A stretch of 63,281 bases of DNA, the filler included, from Globobulimina sp. (Eukaryota): the NCBI GenBank assembly GCA_003354225.1. It is 35 parts of 35 records of this genome, joined end to end, with 100 filler letters (N's around TTAATTAATTAA, not from the genome) between each part and the next. Parts side by side here need not be neighbours in the genome. Positions count along the whole stretch, not along the records: positions 1 to 1,712 come from PIVH01012821.1; positions 1,813 to 3,524 come from PIVH01012822.1; positions 3,625 to 5,336 come from PIVH01012823.1; positions 5,437 to 7,148 come from PIVH01012824.1; positions 7,249 to 8,960 come from PIVH01012825.1; positions 9,061 to 10,772 come from PIVH01012826.1; positions 10,873 to 12,584 come from PIVH01012827.1; positions 12,685 to 14,396 come from PIVH01012828.1; 27 more parts are not named here. One strand, written 5' to 3'. Below are positions 1 through 12,748 of this stretch, piece after piece. Numbering within the stretch: position 1 is the first letter of the stretch; every line of letters begins with the position of its first letter. The notes under the pieces are model-generated. The model was not told where the DNA came from. It saw only the letters and a program-made list of their open reading frames with translations, and did no database searches. The translations under genes and the position numbers were made by a program.

Positions 1-447
1 TTATCTTCCATCTTTCGATTGCTTCATTTTTTTTAGATCATGCTACAAACCATCCTTTATATTACCTGAGTTCTGAAATCAATATATCATTATATATGTG
101 ATGATGAACGAGAATAATTATATGAGCGAGAAATAATAATTGGTGATGTTGAGCGAGAAACTTTATATCATTTTTTGTTTCAAAGTTTTTTAATTTGGAA
201 GATTGAGAATGGCGCAACTATTGTGAGAGAAATACAATAATGATTCATTATTCATAGACTTGCATCTGGTCCCTAGGCCTCGGAAAAAGAAATTAGATAT
301 TAATTGTTTGCAGTAACTTAAATAAAACACAGTTAAACTTTTTAATTAAATCCACATAACAGTTACAAACTTTTATTTTGCAAAAAGAAAAAACTAATTA
401 TACACTGTGTAATGTGTATATCAGTATATGTGTATCCCCATTTTTGT

Positions 448-866
448 TTAATGAGAGCGCTCATTCGCAGACTTTTTGTTTAAATTTTGAGTCTCTCTTT
501 TTAAAACATGCAATAATGTTTGCGAAGATTCCAGTATCTTATTTATTGTGTATTGGATATAGAATAGATCCATGTAGAAAATGTAGAAAATGTAGAAATC
601 AAATGCTTAACTTTCATATATGCCGCTTCCGTTTCCTGTATTGTATTATCATACTGATTTCTTGATTGCGTCTTCCGATCAATTGAGTCATTTAATCGAT
701 GTAATTGTTCTGTTAATTGAGCTAATTGTTTTTGAACACCAGCTTTCTCTCTTTGTTCACTTACTATTTCTTTATGCACCGCTTCGCGTTTTTGACGTAA
801 ATCTTGTAAACATTTTACCAAATCATTGTTGTAATTTTGTAATGATGATGTTTGATTAAAATTCAT
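448..866 (-). CDS. SSNA1: SSNA1/NA14/DIP13 centriole-microtubule coiled-coil protein (2 exons, intron 538-611)
   Basis: LQNYNNDLVKCLQDLRQKRE...YDNTIQETEAAYMK spliced (GTTAAG...AAG) to ILESSQTLLHVLKRE matches the family signature. Confidence 0.95.
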
Positions 867-1253
867 TGTTTAAATTGAGAGTTACTTGTCTATGGAAGGA
901 TTGGAAGGAAACGAAGATTTTTTAAGTAAAACTTTTATTTTAAAATAAGCTGTTTTTAATCTTACTGAAATAATCCAGCACTAGCTAACAATACTGTCAT
1001 TCAGCGGCCATTCGAATTTCCGATAGAAAACTACAGCAATATGTCTGCAAACCCAATGCAATTCTATTTCATCAAACCCATGTATCCAGAATATATATGG
1101 GTGTCATGCAAATTCAGTGGGTGGATATATTCAGAATAGATTACCGCCACCATTTGATTTATTCCGCAACAAATTGCCATTCACATTGTCATATCGATCA
1201 AATGGAGTGTTATCTATCTGATTCTGAATATACAGTGTTCTCCAGTCTGACAT

Positions 1254-1712
1254 ATGATGTTGAAACTATTATTTATTGCTTGTTGGTCTGTTTATGGCAG
1301 CAATGCGGCACTTTCAAACACCACAATAAACACCAACGGCTTAACAATTTATAACGGACAGTCGACAAATTTCAACTCGTATCCCTTTATTGTGAGCATT
1401 CAAGATCCTATCTCGAATACACATTGCTGTGGTGGCAGCATAATATCATTAAATCCCGCCATAATATTGACAGCAGGACATTGCTTATTCGCTTGTTATG
1501 TGCAATGGTATCCGGAACGGATTAAAGTGATGCTCGGTTGTAATGGGCCACAATGTAATAATGCGGGAGTTAATGCGTATGCAGTGGCTGCCAGCTATGC
1601 TCATCCTTTCTATGCTGGTGATATATTGGATTTTGATGCTGGTATCATTCGGTTAACACAACCAATCGCAATGATGGCATCATACTCACCTTTTTCAGCA
1701 AAAGTTTGAACA
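1254..1712 (+). CDS. Trypsin-like (S1) serine protease, 5' part
   Basis: Signal peptide, mature start IYNG, CCGGSIIS, LTAGHC (catalytic His), DFDAGIIRL (catalytic Asp); Ser motif lies beyond the contig end. Confidence 0.9.
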
Positions 1713-1812
1713 NNNNNNNNNNNNNNNNNNNNNNNNNNNNNNNNNNNNNNNNNNNNTTAATTAATTAANNNNNNNNNNNNNNNNNNNNNNNNNNNNNNNN
1801 NNNNNNNNNNNN
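1713..1812. other. Artificial contig-joining spacer (N44-TTAATTAATTAA-N44), first of 34
   Basis: Identical 100-bp spacer with a six-frame stop linker recurs every 1809-1812 bp; contig lengths fall monotonically from 1712 to 1709 and, with 34 spacers, sum to 63281. Confidence 0.99.
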
Positions 1813-2049
1813 CATGAATCAAATGATAAAAATTATAATGTAAAAATATTAAAACAGATTGTTCAAGATATAAAGAAGGAAAATGTTGGTGTGGATTCCG
1901 AACATTTGTTTGTTTTTGCTGTGTCTTATTAATTATTGAAACATAGACCAACTAAAAAATTATAATTACTAGTAATAATTACAAGAGATACACTACCAAT
2001 CAAATGTACAAAAAACAATCAATGCAATTTAACTCTAAGATATTGAAAT

Positions 2050-3409
2050 TTAATATGTTTTTTGGTTTGCATTATTTCCTTCTTGTCCTTCATTTGGTGC
2101 AGCAACATCTTCATCTTTCTCTTGAACTTTCTCATTTAACTCATTCATTTTCTTTGCCATCCATCCTAATGCAGCAATACCTGCTTTTTTGGCTTGTTTC
2201 CCTGCAACTTTTGCCCCTTGTTTTGCTCTCTCTTTATAATCATCCTCATCAGCATTCCCTGGTTGTTGCACTTCTTGCTGTGCTATATTTGCATTTGTAT
2301 TGGTCGCTTGCAATTGTTGATGTACCACCAATACACCCGGTTTCATTGGAGCTACACTGTTTGCATTTGGATTATATGGTTGTTGCTGTGGCTGTGGCTG
2401 CGTATACACAACTTGTTGTTGTTGTGGCTGCGTATATACCACTTGTTGTGGCTGTGTTTGCTGTGCATATACAATTTGTTGAGGTTGTTGAACCACAATA
2501 ACCGGCTGTGTTGACTGTGTGATTTGCTGCTGTTGAGTCTACATAAATGTGCAAGGAGGGTTGATGCGCGCTCACTGTGCAAGGATATGAGTGCTTAACT
2601 GTTTGATTTTGCTCAGTTGGCGCTCGGTAATTAGTCCGGCCATCATTATTTTTTCCCGTTTTTGTGGGATTTATAGATTGATTCATATCTTCCGCAATGT
2701 TCAAACAACATCCAACAATCAAACAGGGCCAACATATCGGTATCAACCAACATGGACAGCAGGCGGCCCATTCTTTAAAAGCATCAAAAGCAACGTAAGA
2801 GAATAATATTAACATCGCAACTCCCAAATAGATAAATATTATAATCGAAACCCAAAATACGCCCTTTCCGATATCCGAGGAACACGAACCAGCCATACTT
2901 ATACACACAATTAACAATGCAATTAAGATTAATGTAAATAAAATGTAGACAGCCATCCATTTGTCATATTTGAAAAATGCATATAATTTAGCGGAGGCTT
3001 TCATTTCTGCGCTATTTTGTTGACTGAATAATGGATTATCTGTGTCGTGGTTCACTGTTCGATACATATAATAACTAAAAAACGCATTAATCAAAGCGCA
3101 AACTAAGAGCAATATGGCTAAAATAAGCAATGGTTTGTCACATTGAGTACCGCCGGATATGATTGCTATTACACCATATACCAAAGCTATGCAATTGATG
3201 AAGACAGAGGTAAATAAACAGCCAGAAAATGGTTTATCACAGCAGCTCGAGATGAAATCACAACAATTGGCGAAGCCTTCGCAACAGGAACCGATGCATT
3301 TGCCAAAGCAGTCACAGCAAGAACCCAAACAATTGCAACAGCCTTCGCAACATTTTGCCAATGCTTTGCATGGTTGCACGAAGCAGACACGACATAAAAT
3401 AGCTGCCAT
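2050..3409 (-). CDS. Multi-pass membrane protein with Cys-rich N-terminus and Gln-rich tail (intron 2539-2599)
   Basis: ORFs 2372..3409 and 2050..2496 join in frame through a GTTAAG...TGTAG intron; CC-rich head, about 4 TM helices, (QQVVYTQP)n tail. Confidence 0.75.
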
Positions 3410-4365
3410 GGTTTGATATTCAAAATAATACTGCGTTTAGTGAGGAAAAGTAGGTTAGATAATTAATTTAATAATTCAAGTATCTTAACTAAAAAAAAAA
3501 ACACTGAAAACTAAAAGATCATGGNNNNNNNNNNNNNNNNNNNNNNNNNNNNNNNNNNNNNNNNNNNNTTAATTAATTAANNNNNNNNNNNNNNNNNNNN
3601 NNNNNNNNNNNNNNNNNNNNNNNNACAACAAATAAATCTGTTTCGAGACTCTCTATACCGTTTGACTGCTGATACTTGAAGGTCACGTGAAATGGGGGGA
3701 CAATCCTTAACGTATAATAACATTTATTTTATATGAAATTTGTCAAGTGATAGTACAATATAAAGCATATACCAGTATAACGTACTGTACATTGAATACA
3801 ATAAATTACACGACAAGAGGACATACACAGTATAATAAGCAAATGATATGCAATATGCAGCATAATTAATTATAGACATAAAAACAAATACCGGCATTGG
3901 ATTCGCCGACCTAGAAAACCATAGTGTGTTACCATATGGTAACAGTTACCATATATGGTAACACATGAGTCGGTGTAACAGTTACCATGTAAGGCAACAC
4001 TACCATATATGTCCTAAAGTGCCCAACTGTAATACACTGTGTACAGTACATACAACGATACAATATAAAGTTGAACACAAGGAAACGTGATAAACGAAAC
4101 AATAAATGAAAAGTGTTAAGAATATAATTGAAAATAGCTATCCATGATAAATCTTGACTCCAAAGGGCTGACTACAGTTCAGGAGATGGTGTGTCAATTT
4201 CATAATTTTCAGCTGCATCCGAAACAATGCCTGGCGACAATTCATTATTACCGTCGTTCAATTCTAAAATGTTAACTGAATAATAATTATTGTGTGTGCA
4301 ATACAGCACACACATTTTGTGCACACGTACAGTACTGTACTGTATGTATATATGTATACAGTATG

Positions 4366-4773
4366 TTACAGTATGAACATAAACTTACGTTTAGCAAAAT
4401 TTTCTTGTAATTCTTGACAAGTAGTGCTACCACCTTTACTAAGTACAAAATCTGCCATTTCCTTCTCTATTTTTGGAATTAGCACACGTGGATAAATCTT
4501 GACCCTCCACAAATCAGAAATTTCTTTTTCAATTTTTGGAATGAGTACGACTGGTTCCTGTTTAACTTTCTTACATGGAGGCGAGCTGGACACAACAGTA
4601 TTTTTATTCCATGTCCAAGAAGAGGCCATGTCAAGAGCGATGCTTTTTGGCAAATTCAAATGGGAATCATGCAGTCTAAGTGAGACAGATTTTTTCCCGT
4701 CTAAATAGTAAAGGTTGAAGCAAGTAATTTGTACATTAGACATTAAGGTATTGAACTCATGGAAATACCACAT
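4366..4773 (-). CDS. Exon of an unknown multi-exon gene
   Basis: ORF with an internal VLIPKIEKE duplication; GTAAGT donor near 4389; other candidate exons nearby. Confidence 0.35.
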   Translation of the reverse strand: MWYFHEFNTLMSNVQITCFNLYYLDGKKSVSLRLHDSHLNLPKSIALDMASSWTWNKNTVVSSSPPCKKVKQEPVVLIPKIEKEISDLWRVKIYPRVLIPKIEKEMADFVLSKGGSTTCQELQENFAKRKFMFIL

Positions 4774-5436
4774 ATAGAGGGAAAAAATGCAAACCGTTCA
4801 TATCAGAATTTATTACAAGTTACATTCAACGTAATTTCCATTTTGGTATGAAACATTAAGAAATCAAATTACTATTTTTTGCTTTCTGCTTCTTTATATT
4901 CACTGGGTTGTTTGACTTTATCTGCTGAAAAATAATCAACTACAGTACTACAGTAATACACTTGTTATTGTCCAAACACATACATTTCATACCTAGTTTT
5001 CTATCTTCTTGTTTAACACCTTCGTCAACTGGAGAGATCGTGTCATACTATCGAGAATACTACGATAGTCTCTTCACCATTCAGACCCTCAATAGTATCC
5101 TCGTGGAAGAAAGGAAATGATTGACGCTTGAGGACAAGAAGAATACAAAATAATAAATGTAGAATGTTGTTGTTCTCTGGAGGAGCTGTCGACGGTGTCG
5201 ATCTGCACTCCCTTCCTTCAGACCGCGATATAAATGGTCTTATAAAGTGTTCAGTCCAACCGCAACTCTTGTTCCAATTTATTCCAATAGTAACATAAAA
5301 GAGAGATACCGATTAGACAATAAAAAACTAGTTATGNNNNNNNNNNNNNNNNNNNNNNNNNNNNNNNNNNNNNNNNNNNNTTAATTAATTAANNNNNNNN
5401 NNNNNNNNNNNNNNNNNNNNNNNNNNNNNNNNNNNN

Positions 5437-5822
5437 CTGATTTCAGTGCTGCAATGTCTTCAATTATTACATCAAAAGATGATGATTCATTGTTATTATT
5501 ATTTCAAATTTTTGATATTGATAAGGATGGTTATTTAATGCTGTATGATATTGCACGAATATTATTAACACAAAATCATTTTGCTGTAGTAGCAACAGGG
5601 CAAAATCAAGAAAACTCAGCAAATGTTATTTATACAAAAAAAATGTGTTTGAAACAATCTAAAAAGTTTATACAAATACATGATAAAGATGAAGATGATA
5701 AAATATCATTTGGTGAATTTAAGGCAATGATGATGGATAAAACAGAAAAAGATTTTATGATAATTAATATGGAACCACCATCAAGTTCATTTATTTTGGA
5801 GGCCCCGGGTTCGTTTATTTAA
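5437..5822 (+). CDS. EF-hand calcium-binding protein, C-terminal part
   Basis: Two EF loops, FDIDKDGYL and HDKDEDDKISFGEF; 5' truncated by contig edge. Confidence 0.85.
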
Positions 5823-6056
5823 TTTTTTGTATCATTATCAAATATTATATTATTTATTTTCAATTTTAATTTTATTAATTCTCCCTCGAAATCTTGTGGC
5901 AATTTTCAAAAGCAGATAGCAATCCGTTTTTGTATACGCTCAAATCATTAAAATCACTATCTAACAGTTTCCAAAGTGCATTTTCAGTGCAATAGTGCAA
6001 GTATAGCGGACTTATTTATATTAATAATATATTACAGAGTTGTTTACATCTTATGG

Positions 6057-7148
6057 TCAAACTAATCCACCACCAACAGGTCCATCATATATTGGCCATT
6101 CCCCATTACCTAAAAACACCTCATACATTTTCAAAGCTTGTTCAGGTTTATAGGTTGGAATCATATGTCCAGCCCCTCGCACCGTAGTATATGTAAAATT
6201 ATTCCCCTCCGCATTAAATATCTGAACATATCCAGCCATCAATTGTTTGCCATCCAATGTCCATGGTCTCCATGCCTCCAATACCGGATATCCTAAATTT
6301 GTGGTCCATTCTTCTCCGCCGTTATAAGGTACACCGGCATCAACATCACCATAATAAATTAATATTCGATATTTCTTTGCCCACTCTTTGTAATACTCGC
6401 TTTCATCCGTTTGTGTCGAATGGTATTTGCTCCAATCGCCATCCTGCCAAATCCACGGTATATCCGGGACATGGAGTGCTCGTTTCACCTCTGCATTATT
6501 CAAATAAATGTCAGTATTCCTGAGCCCACCGCATGCGTACTGATTAATGCCTGAGCCCACTGCCACACTCTCAAACTTATCATGTTTGGCAACACTTTGA
6601 GCTCCGTTAAAACCTACCTTCTGATTAATAAATCGAATATGTCCATCTCCATTCCGCACCTTGAACCCTCTTCGCAACACGGCACTCAATTCATCATCTT
6701 CTAAAGCACATTCATCATAAATATTATACACATTAAAACCACCCAAATTGAGCCTTGCTGTATGTAACGCCGCCGAACATTGCGCAGTTTCGTTGCCATA
6801 ATGTAATGAATTACCACACACTGTTTGCAAGTTATTGTAAATCGCAGTGCTGGTTTGGCCGTGGCCATACATCAAATCCCAAAACTTTTCCTGGTCGTCC
6901 AAGTTACAGCCACCAAAACCACCTCTTCCTTTTCACAACATTACGAGGTGTCAGATGCTCCATTTTATGGATATATATATTATATACAAATAAAACTTAA
7001 CCCATACAACCATCGCCGACGCCAAATCCCAATAACTTGGGCATTCCAGACGGATCCCTTTCGATCTGCATCACCAAAGTTGGAACGTAAATTCCTCCAT
7101 AACTTTCACCAAAAATATAAAACCGATTTGACATACATTCAGGATATC
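6057..7148 (-). CDS. Serine carboxypeptidase (S10), 3' part (intron 6929-7001)
   Basis: Upstream exon reads FYIFGESYGGIYVP (catalytic Ser); downstream LIYYGDVDAGVP (Asp) and TVRGAGHMIP (His). Confidence 0.95.
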
Positions 7149-7266
7149 NNNNNNNNNNNNNNNNNNNNNNNNNNNNNNNNNNNNNNNNNNNNTTAATTAA
7201 TTAANNNNNNNNNNNNNNNNNNNNNNNNNNNNNNNNNNNNNNNNNNNNGACATCGCACAGCGATAC

Positions 7267-7701
7267 ATGACAGCGGACGGATACAATAATAAAACTGGCA
7301 ATCAATATTTTATGAGCAGTTACCAAAGCTTTGTATGTCACTGTTTGGAAAGATGGAGAACACAAAGTTCTGATGCACCGATTGGAATGTCTGACGTTTG
7401 TGAGTATGCGGCAAAGAATGATTATTATAGTTTAGGTGTAGCGATGTTAAAACAAATATTTTTTTGCATGGAATATGAAACCGGAAAACGTAGATTCGAA
7501 GAAATTGCAATTGCAAAACATGTATTTCAACCATATTGCAACCAATCAGTGAGTATTAATGGATATGAGCCTAGCATGGCGTGGTTGTGTCAAAGTTCAG
7601 ATTGTATTGTGGAGAGTGAAGCTATTGAGCTGATTCGCCAGTTGATATGTCCCGCATTACCTATTTATCCAATAGCAAACCACCATAATTTAATGCAATA
7701 A
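7267..7701 (+). CDS. Hypothetical protein, probably 5' truncated
   Basis: 144-aa ORF with protein-like composition; no recognised motif. Confidence 0.45.
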   Translation: MTADGYNNKTGNQYFMSSYQSFVCHCLERWRTQSSDAPIGMSDVCEYAAKNDYYSLGVAMLKQIFFCMEYETGKRRFEEIAIAKHVFQPYCNQSVSINGYEPSMAWLCQSSDCIVESEAIELIRQLICPALPIYPIANHHNLMQ

Positions 7702-7816
7702 TAATCAGATACAATGATGAAATACGGAGGATGTGAGAAAGGAGAAAGAATTATTTGTCGTGTCATCATTTTGAGAGTGAGTAAAACGCCAACATTAAAT
7801 TAACTTATTTTTCATT

Positions 7817-8960
7817 TTACAAAAATTCATAATTTGTTATTTCTATCTCATCATTTTGTTTTCCAATACAAATAGCAAAAGTAAATTTTTTGCAATTATC
7901 CAATAATGGTCTGGTTTCTGCTTTTGTTTTATTATAAGAAATTATTAATTCATTCTTTTCAAAATTAAATGATAATTTGAATATATCTCCTTCTTTGAAA
8001 TTATTTGCTGCTCTAAAACTTAAATTGTTGAGAGACCCTTTACAACACTCAACAAAATAGTTATAGCCATAATTGACATCATATGCTACACAATTTTGTG
8101 AATTTGCACGGAGACCTAAATAGCCATTCCAATTTTTAACAGAATCTCGAATGGACGCAGTGATATATCCCATCATAAAACAGGGCGAACTAACTTTACA
8201 TTTAACCCAAATAGTAAATTGATTACACATTTTATCATTTATTTCATCACCAAATAAACAGGTCACCCAACCATTTTTATTCACTTTTTTAACAATATTC
8301 CCATGAATAAATTGTAAATTGTGGCCATATTTTCTATTATCAAATTGCATTTGTTTTTTACTAATTTTATTGTTTTGTACTAATTTCATTTCTTTTTCTT
8401 CATTTTCATTAATTGATAATAATATTGGTTTTGGTATTTCTTCTTTCGAAATGTGTCCAAAAGTATTTACAATTTGAGTTAAAGTATTTTTATTGAGTGA
8501 AACATTAATTTTATATCGATTATTAATAATAATATTAATATCATTATCATTATTTGCATATTTTGCTAAACTTAAAACTTTATCTTTCCGTGCTTCCATC
8601 TCTTGGATTTCTATGGATTTTGATAAATAATTATGACAATTTTCTAATGTTTTTTTACATTTACAATATTTTTCATTTAATTGCTTATTTTTATTATTTA
8701 ATTCATTTTTATATTCATTTGCAATGACATTTAATTTTTTTATTAATTCATTTTTACGTTTATTTAATGCTTTATTTATATCAACAAATACAAATTCAAT
8801 GTCTTTCATCCAATCTGTTAGCTGATCATCAATGTCTTTCTCTATTTTACCAATATGTTGCATTGCTTCCTCAATGTCAGCAATTTTCTGTTTCATTTGA
8901 ATTAATGCGAGTTGCTCTTCTGAACTAATTACATTCTTTTTAAATTATAATTTAATTTTT
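7817..8960 (-). CDS. Coiled-coil plus C-terminal SPRY-like domain protein (TRIM-like layout)
   Basis: Long coiled coil followed by a beta-rich domain (FMMGYIT...FKEGDIFKLSFNF...LIISYN); appears to extend to the contig edge. Confidence 0.65.
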
Positions 8961-9060
8961 NNNNNNNNNNNNNNNNNNNNNNNNNNNNNNNNNNNNNNNN
9001 NNNNTTAATTAATTAANNNNNNNNNNNNNNNNNNNNNNNNNNNNNNNNNNNNNNNNNNNN

Positions 9061-10734
9061 ACTCGACATTGAAACCACTGTTGATGCAGATATCGACACC
9101 GGTGTAGTGACTGAACATGTATCGGTATGGTTGTTAACATTATTATTTGCGGCATTTGAAGCACGGGAAACTTTGGAAATGTTGGAAGCAACAGATATTT
9201 GATCACAATGCATACCAGAATTCGAATTCGAGCTAGATTTAACACTCGGCGACACAGACACGTCACCGCTATAAAACACTGTTTGTAGTGGTAACTGTGG
9301 CTGAGGCGGAGGCGAGTTGATATGCGCTAAAATAGGTTTATCCGAGTCGTCCGACAGAATTCTTTTCAGATTGGGGGCTTTCTTCGGCATATCACTAAAT
9401 AAACCGGACGCACGTTTATAACCCACAGTGGCTACGGTGAAGGCATCAGTCACCGAATGCTTATCATTGTGCTGTAATTGCTGACCATGTATCCGCACGT
9501 CCATATTAATAGGATTCACTGCAAATAGTTGCTGTAACTTGTCGAGTGCTTTGTGTTTAATACTGGCAAAGGTTTGAGCATCATTTAGTACATTATTGAA
9601 TACATCGTCCACATATTTATTGAACTTCTTTGCCGTATCCGCCGCATCCGTGTTATGATGAATCTGCATGGTCCAAATGTAGGCAAAGTCGTAGTACGCC
9701 TGCCACAATGTATTGTTATTTGCAATTTTCTGATGAATGTCAAAGATGGCAATGGGTTCCATACCATGCGGCTGCGGGAATTTGTCAATGGTTTCGAACC
9801 GTTTGGCCGGGTGCAAATTATCCTGCATGTCAATGGAGATCGCTTTGGAGTATATGCCTTTGATTATCTTCTGGCACAAACTGCTTTCATTCAGCATGTT
9901 ATCGGGATATTCGTTGGAATGGGAGGAGGAGGATATGGTCGCGATGCGCTGTGGTTGGCTGTTTATGCTGCTCGAGGTAGAAGTGGTGACTGTGGATTTA
10001 TTGAATGTGTTATTGTTTGGCTGTAAGGAGCCCGCCACGGTATAGGGCACAGTATGCGGTGTGGTTTGTTGACGCAAACAGTGCTCCGCCATTCCCAGAT
10101 AGTATTCCAGCGAGTTTTCAATATATTGCGGTGGCGGCGGTTGCTGCGGTGTGCCTGGCACATTTGCTACAGTCGACACTGCTGCATTGGCCGCGGGCGT
10201 GCGTTTTAGGGTTTGTTTGTTTCTTTTTTTACTGCGGATTGGTGTACGTGTATGCGGTGGATGTGTGGGTATGGGATATGCGTTGTGTTGTGGTTGAAGG
10301 AATATGCGTTGTGTGTTGGGAGGTGCATTGTATGATGTTTGTGCGGTGAATGGTTGTAGCATATTATGTGTAGAATGGGGTAGCATGCTGTAGGTCGGGT
10401 GTTGTATGGCGTGATTGGGAGGCAATCCGTATGAATCAAGTGAGGGATTATATGACTGTGACACTGCGGTCATGGTAGGAGAGGAGTGTATGGTTGAATG
10501 TGTATGTGGGTGAGGACGGGGATGATGTGTGTTGGACATAGGAGGGGATTGATGCGGTGTGATTTTCAGGGATTGGGTTTCTGTGTCATTTATCGAGGAT
10601 GAATGGTGCGAATGGGAATAAATGGTATTATTGTGGTGCAGTGGTAGTGAGTGATGATGATTGTATATGTTTTGATGCTGGCTCTGTGGATATGGATAGA
10701 CAGAATGCGTTCCATTTACACTCAAAGCGGTCAT
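9061..10734 (-). CDS. His/Pro/Ser-rich low-complexity protein with a central helical region, 3' truncated
   Basis: More than 550 codons open; basic NLS-like RSKKRNK; no recognised domain. Confidence 0.6.
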
Positions 10735-11838
10735 CAGATTGGGCGGTGTATTATTTATATTATGTATAGTATNNNNNNNNNNNNNNNNNNNNNNNNNNNN
10801 NNNNNNNNNNNNNNNNTTAATTAATTAANNNNNNNNNNNNNNNNNNNNNNNNNNNNNNNNNNNNNNNNNNNNTGATAAAAACAAATGTTAAACGCTAAAA
10901 TGTTTTAAAAAATACCTGTTGCCATGCTAAAGATGAGAAAAACTGCTGCCGAACTGAAAACTACTTAATTTAATTTAGTTAGGAAATGAAATTAAGGGAC
11001 AAAAACTGATCTGGATATTTCTTATTTGCTATTAGAACCAATTCCGCCTTAATTCAATTCAATTCGATCCACTTAAATCTGTATATTTTAAATACAAAAA
11101 TTAAATTAGTGTGAACAGAATTTGTTTGCAATCGACTTAATTCAATTCCAATTCCAATTCCACATTGATCTGTATATTCTAAATACAAAAAATGAGTGTG
11201 AATTTAATTAAAAAATTCTACATAACCCGAAATGGACAAAATCAACAAAAAAGTGAGCAATCTGCTACATCCACAACATAGGCAGCGCTTGGCCGTAAAT
11301 AATGCTGGACCTATTTTAGGAGTTGGCCAATGGACGTATTGGATCGCGACAGATGGGCCAACAACGTTGCTTCCTCCATAGCTGCTCACTTTCTGTCTTT
11401 TGGTTTCTTTCTTTCTTTCTTTCTTTCTTGCGACTTACTTTTTACCCCAAGAATCCATAATTTCTATTTTCTATAGGCAAACTTCGATGACTGGACAGTT
11501 GAGAATTGAGATAGCGAATGGTATGTAACGACTAACGAGAAGGAAAAAACAGTAAAGTTTTTTTTTATCGAACAGCTATGAATCCATTAATTCAGCATTC
11601 ACGTTTTTCCCACAAACTGAAAAATTAATTCGTAATTATTCCCGTAATTATCCCAGTCCCAGCAGATATTATGGTTTATGGAGATGTAGGAATCACAAAT
11701 ATAATCTGTGAAAACAGACTGATTTGTGCGGACTTATGTAATATCAAGGTATCATAAACAACGACCATTTGATATTCGAGATCGATGGTGACATCAATTA
11801 TGAAAGCAGGAAAACATTCAAACAATTGCATTTATCGC

Positions 11839-11997
11839 AGAGGTTTTAGGTTTCAGGTTTTTTTATGTTTCGAGGTTTCAATGTTTGTAGGTCCGACAAA
11901 ATCCGATTATGTTTCTTTCATTACTGCTGATCTGTATTGAAATATTGGTCAAACCTACAAACCTCTAAACATAAAAAACATGAAACCTAAGACATCT
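11839..11997. repeat. Imperfect inverted repeat (MITE-like hairpin)
   Basis: Arm 11839-11892 (AGAGGTTTTAGGTTTCAGG...TTTGTAGGT) pairs with 11953-11997 (ACCTACAAA...GAAACCTAAGACATCT). Confidence 0.7.
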
Positions 11998-12748
11998 AAA
12001 AAACAAACATCGCTCGACACCACCACCCCCGCTCCACACCACCACCACCCGCTCCACACCACCGCCCTCTCCCCAGCCAGATGCACAGTCGCCACGAAAA
12101 AACAATTTGAATCAGATCACAACATTTGAGATTCAATCATTTTGCCCATTTTGCATATCTGTAATTCTGCATCTGCAACCTGTTGGTTTTTAATATTAAA
12201 TTATCTCTTTCTTTTAAGCTCCAACGACCATCATTCCATATAAAGTAAATAATGGCGCATTTATACAATGAATTTGAGAAACCTCTGGGAAGGGAAGTTA
12301 CCATTGCTTCAGTTTAATTTCAAGTAAAAAAAGAAAAGAAAGTATTGTAAAATTTATTAATATTATTAAAGTCAATTGAAGTCAATTCAAATATGTATAA
12401 TATTAATATATTTTTAAATCAGTCTACTTTATGCATTCCAGACATCGACGTTGTATTTCTTTTCCACTTTCATGTTTTGAATGTATTTCGTCGATTCGAT
12501 CAGACTCATCTTGGAATGCAACGCAATGAGCTGAATCACCGTATTTTCCACATCTTTGGCCATTTTCGTAGAGTCCCCGCCGCANNNNNNNNNNNNNNNN
12601 NNNNNNNNNNNNNNNNNNNNNNNNNNNNTTAATTAATTAANNNNNNNNNNNNNNNNNNNNNNNNNNNNNNNNNNNNNNNNNNNNGGGTACAAACTATACA
12701 AACAAGCCTAGATATGCTAAATATGCATTATTTAGTTCTTGTACATAC

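Noticed and set aside
1757..1768. Regularly spaced TTAATTAATTAA as a biological repeat or array
   Set aside because: Always embedded in N44 flanks; it is a synthetic six-frame stop linker.
9585..10439. Many short nested or antisense ORFs (also 14522-16149, 39962-40612, 43545-44982)
   Set aside because: Shadow frames of long low-complexity or GC-richer coding regions with no motifs of their own.
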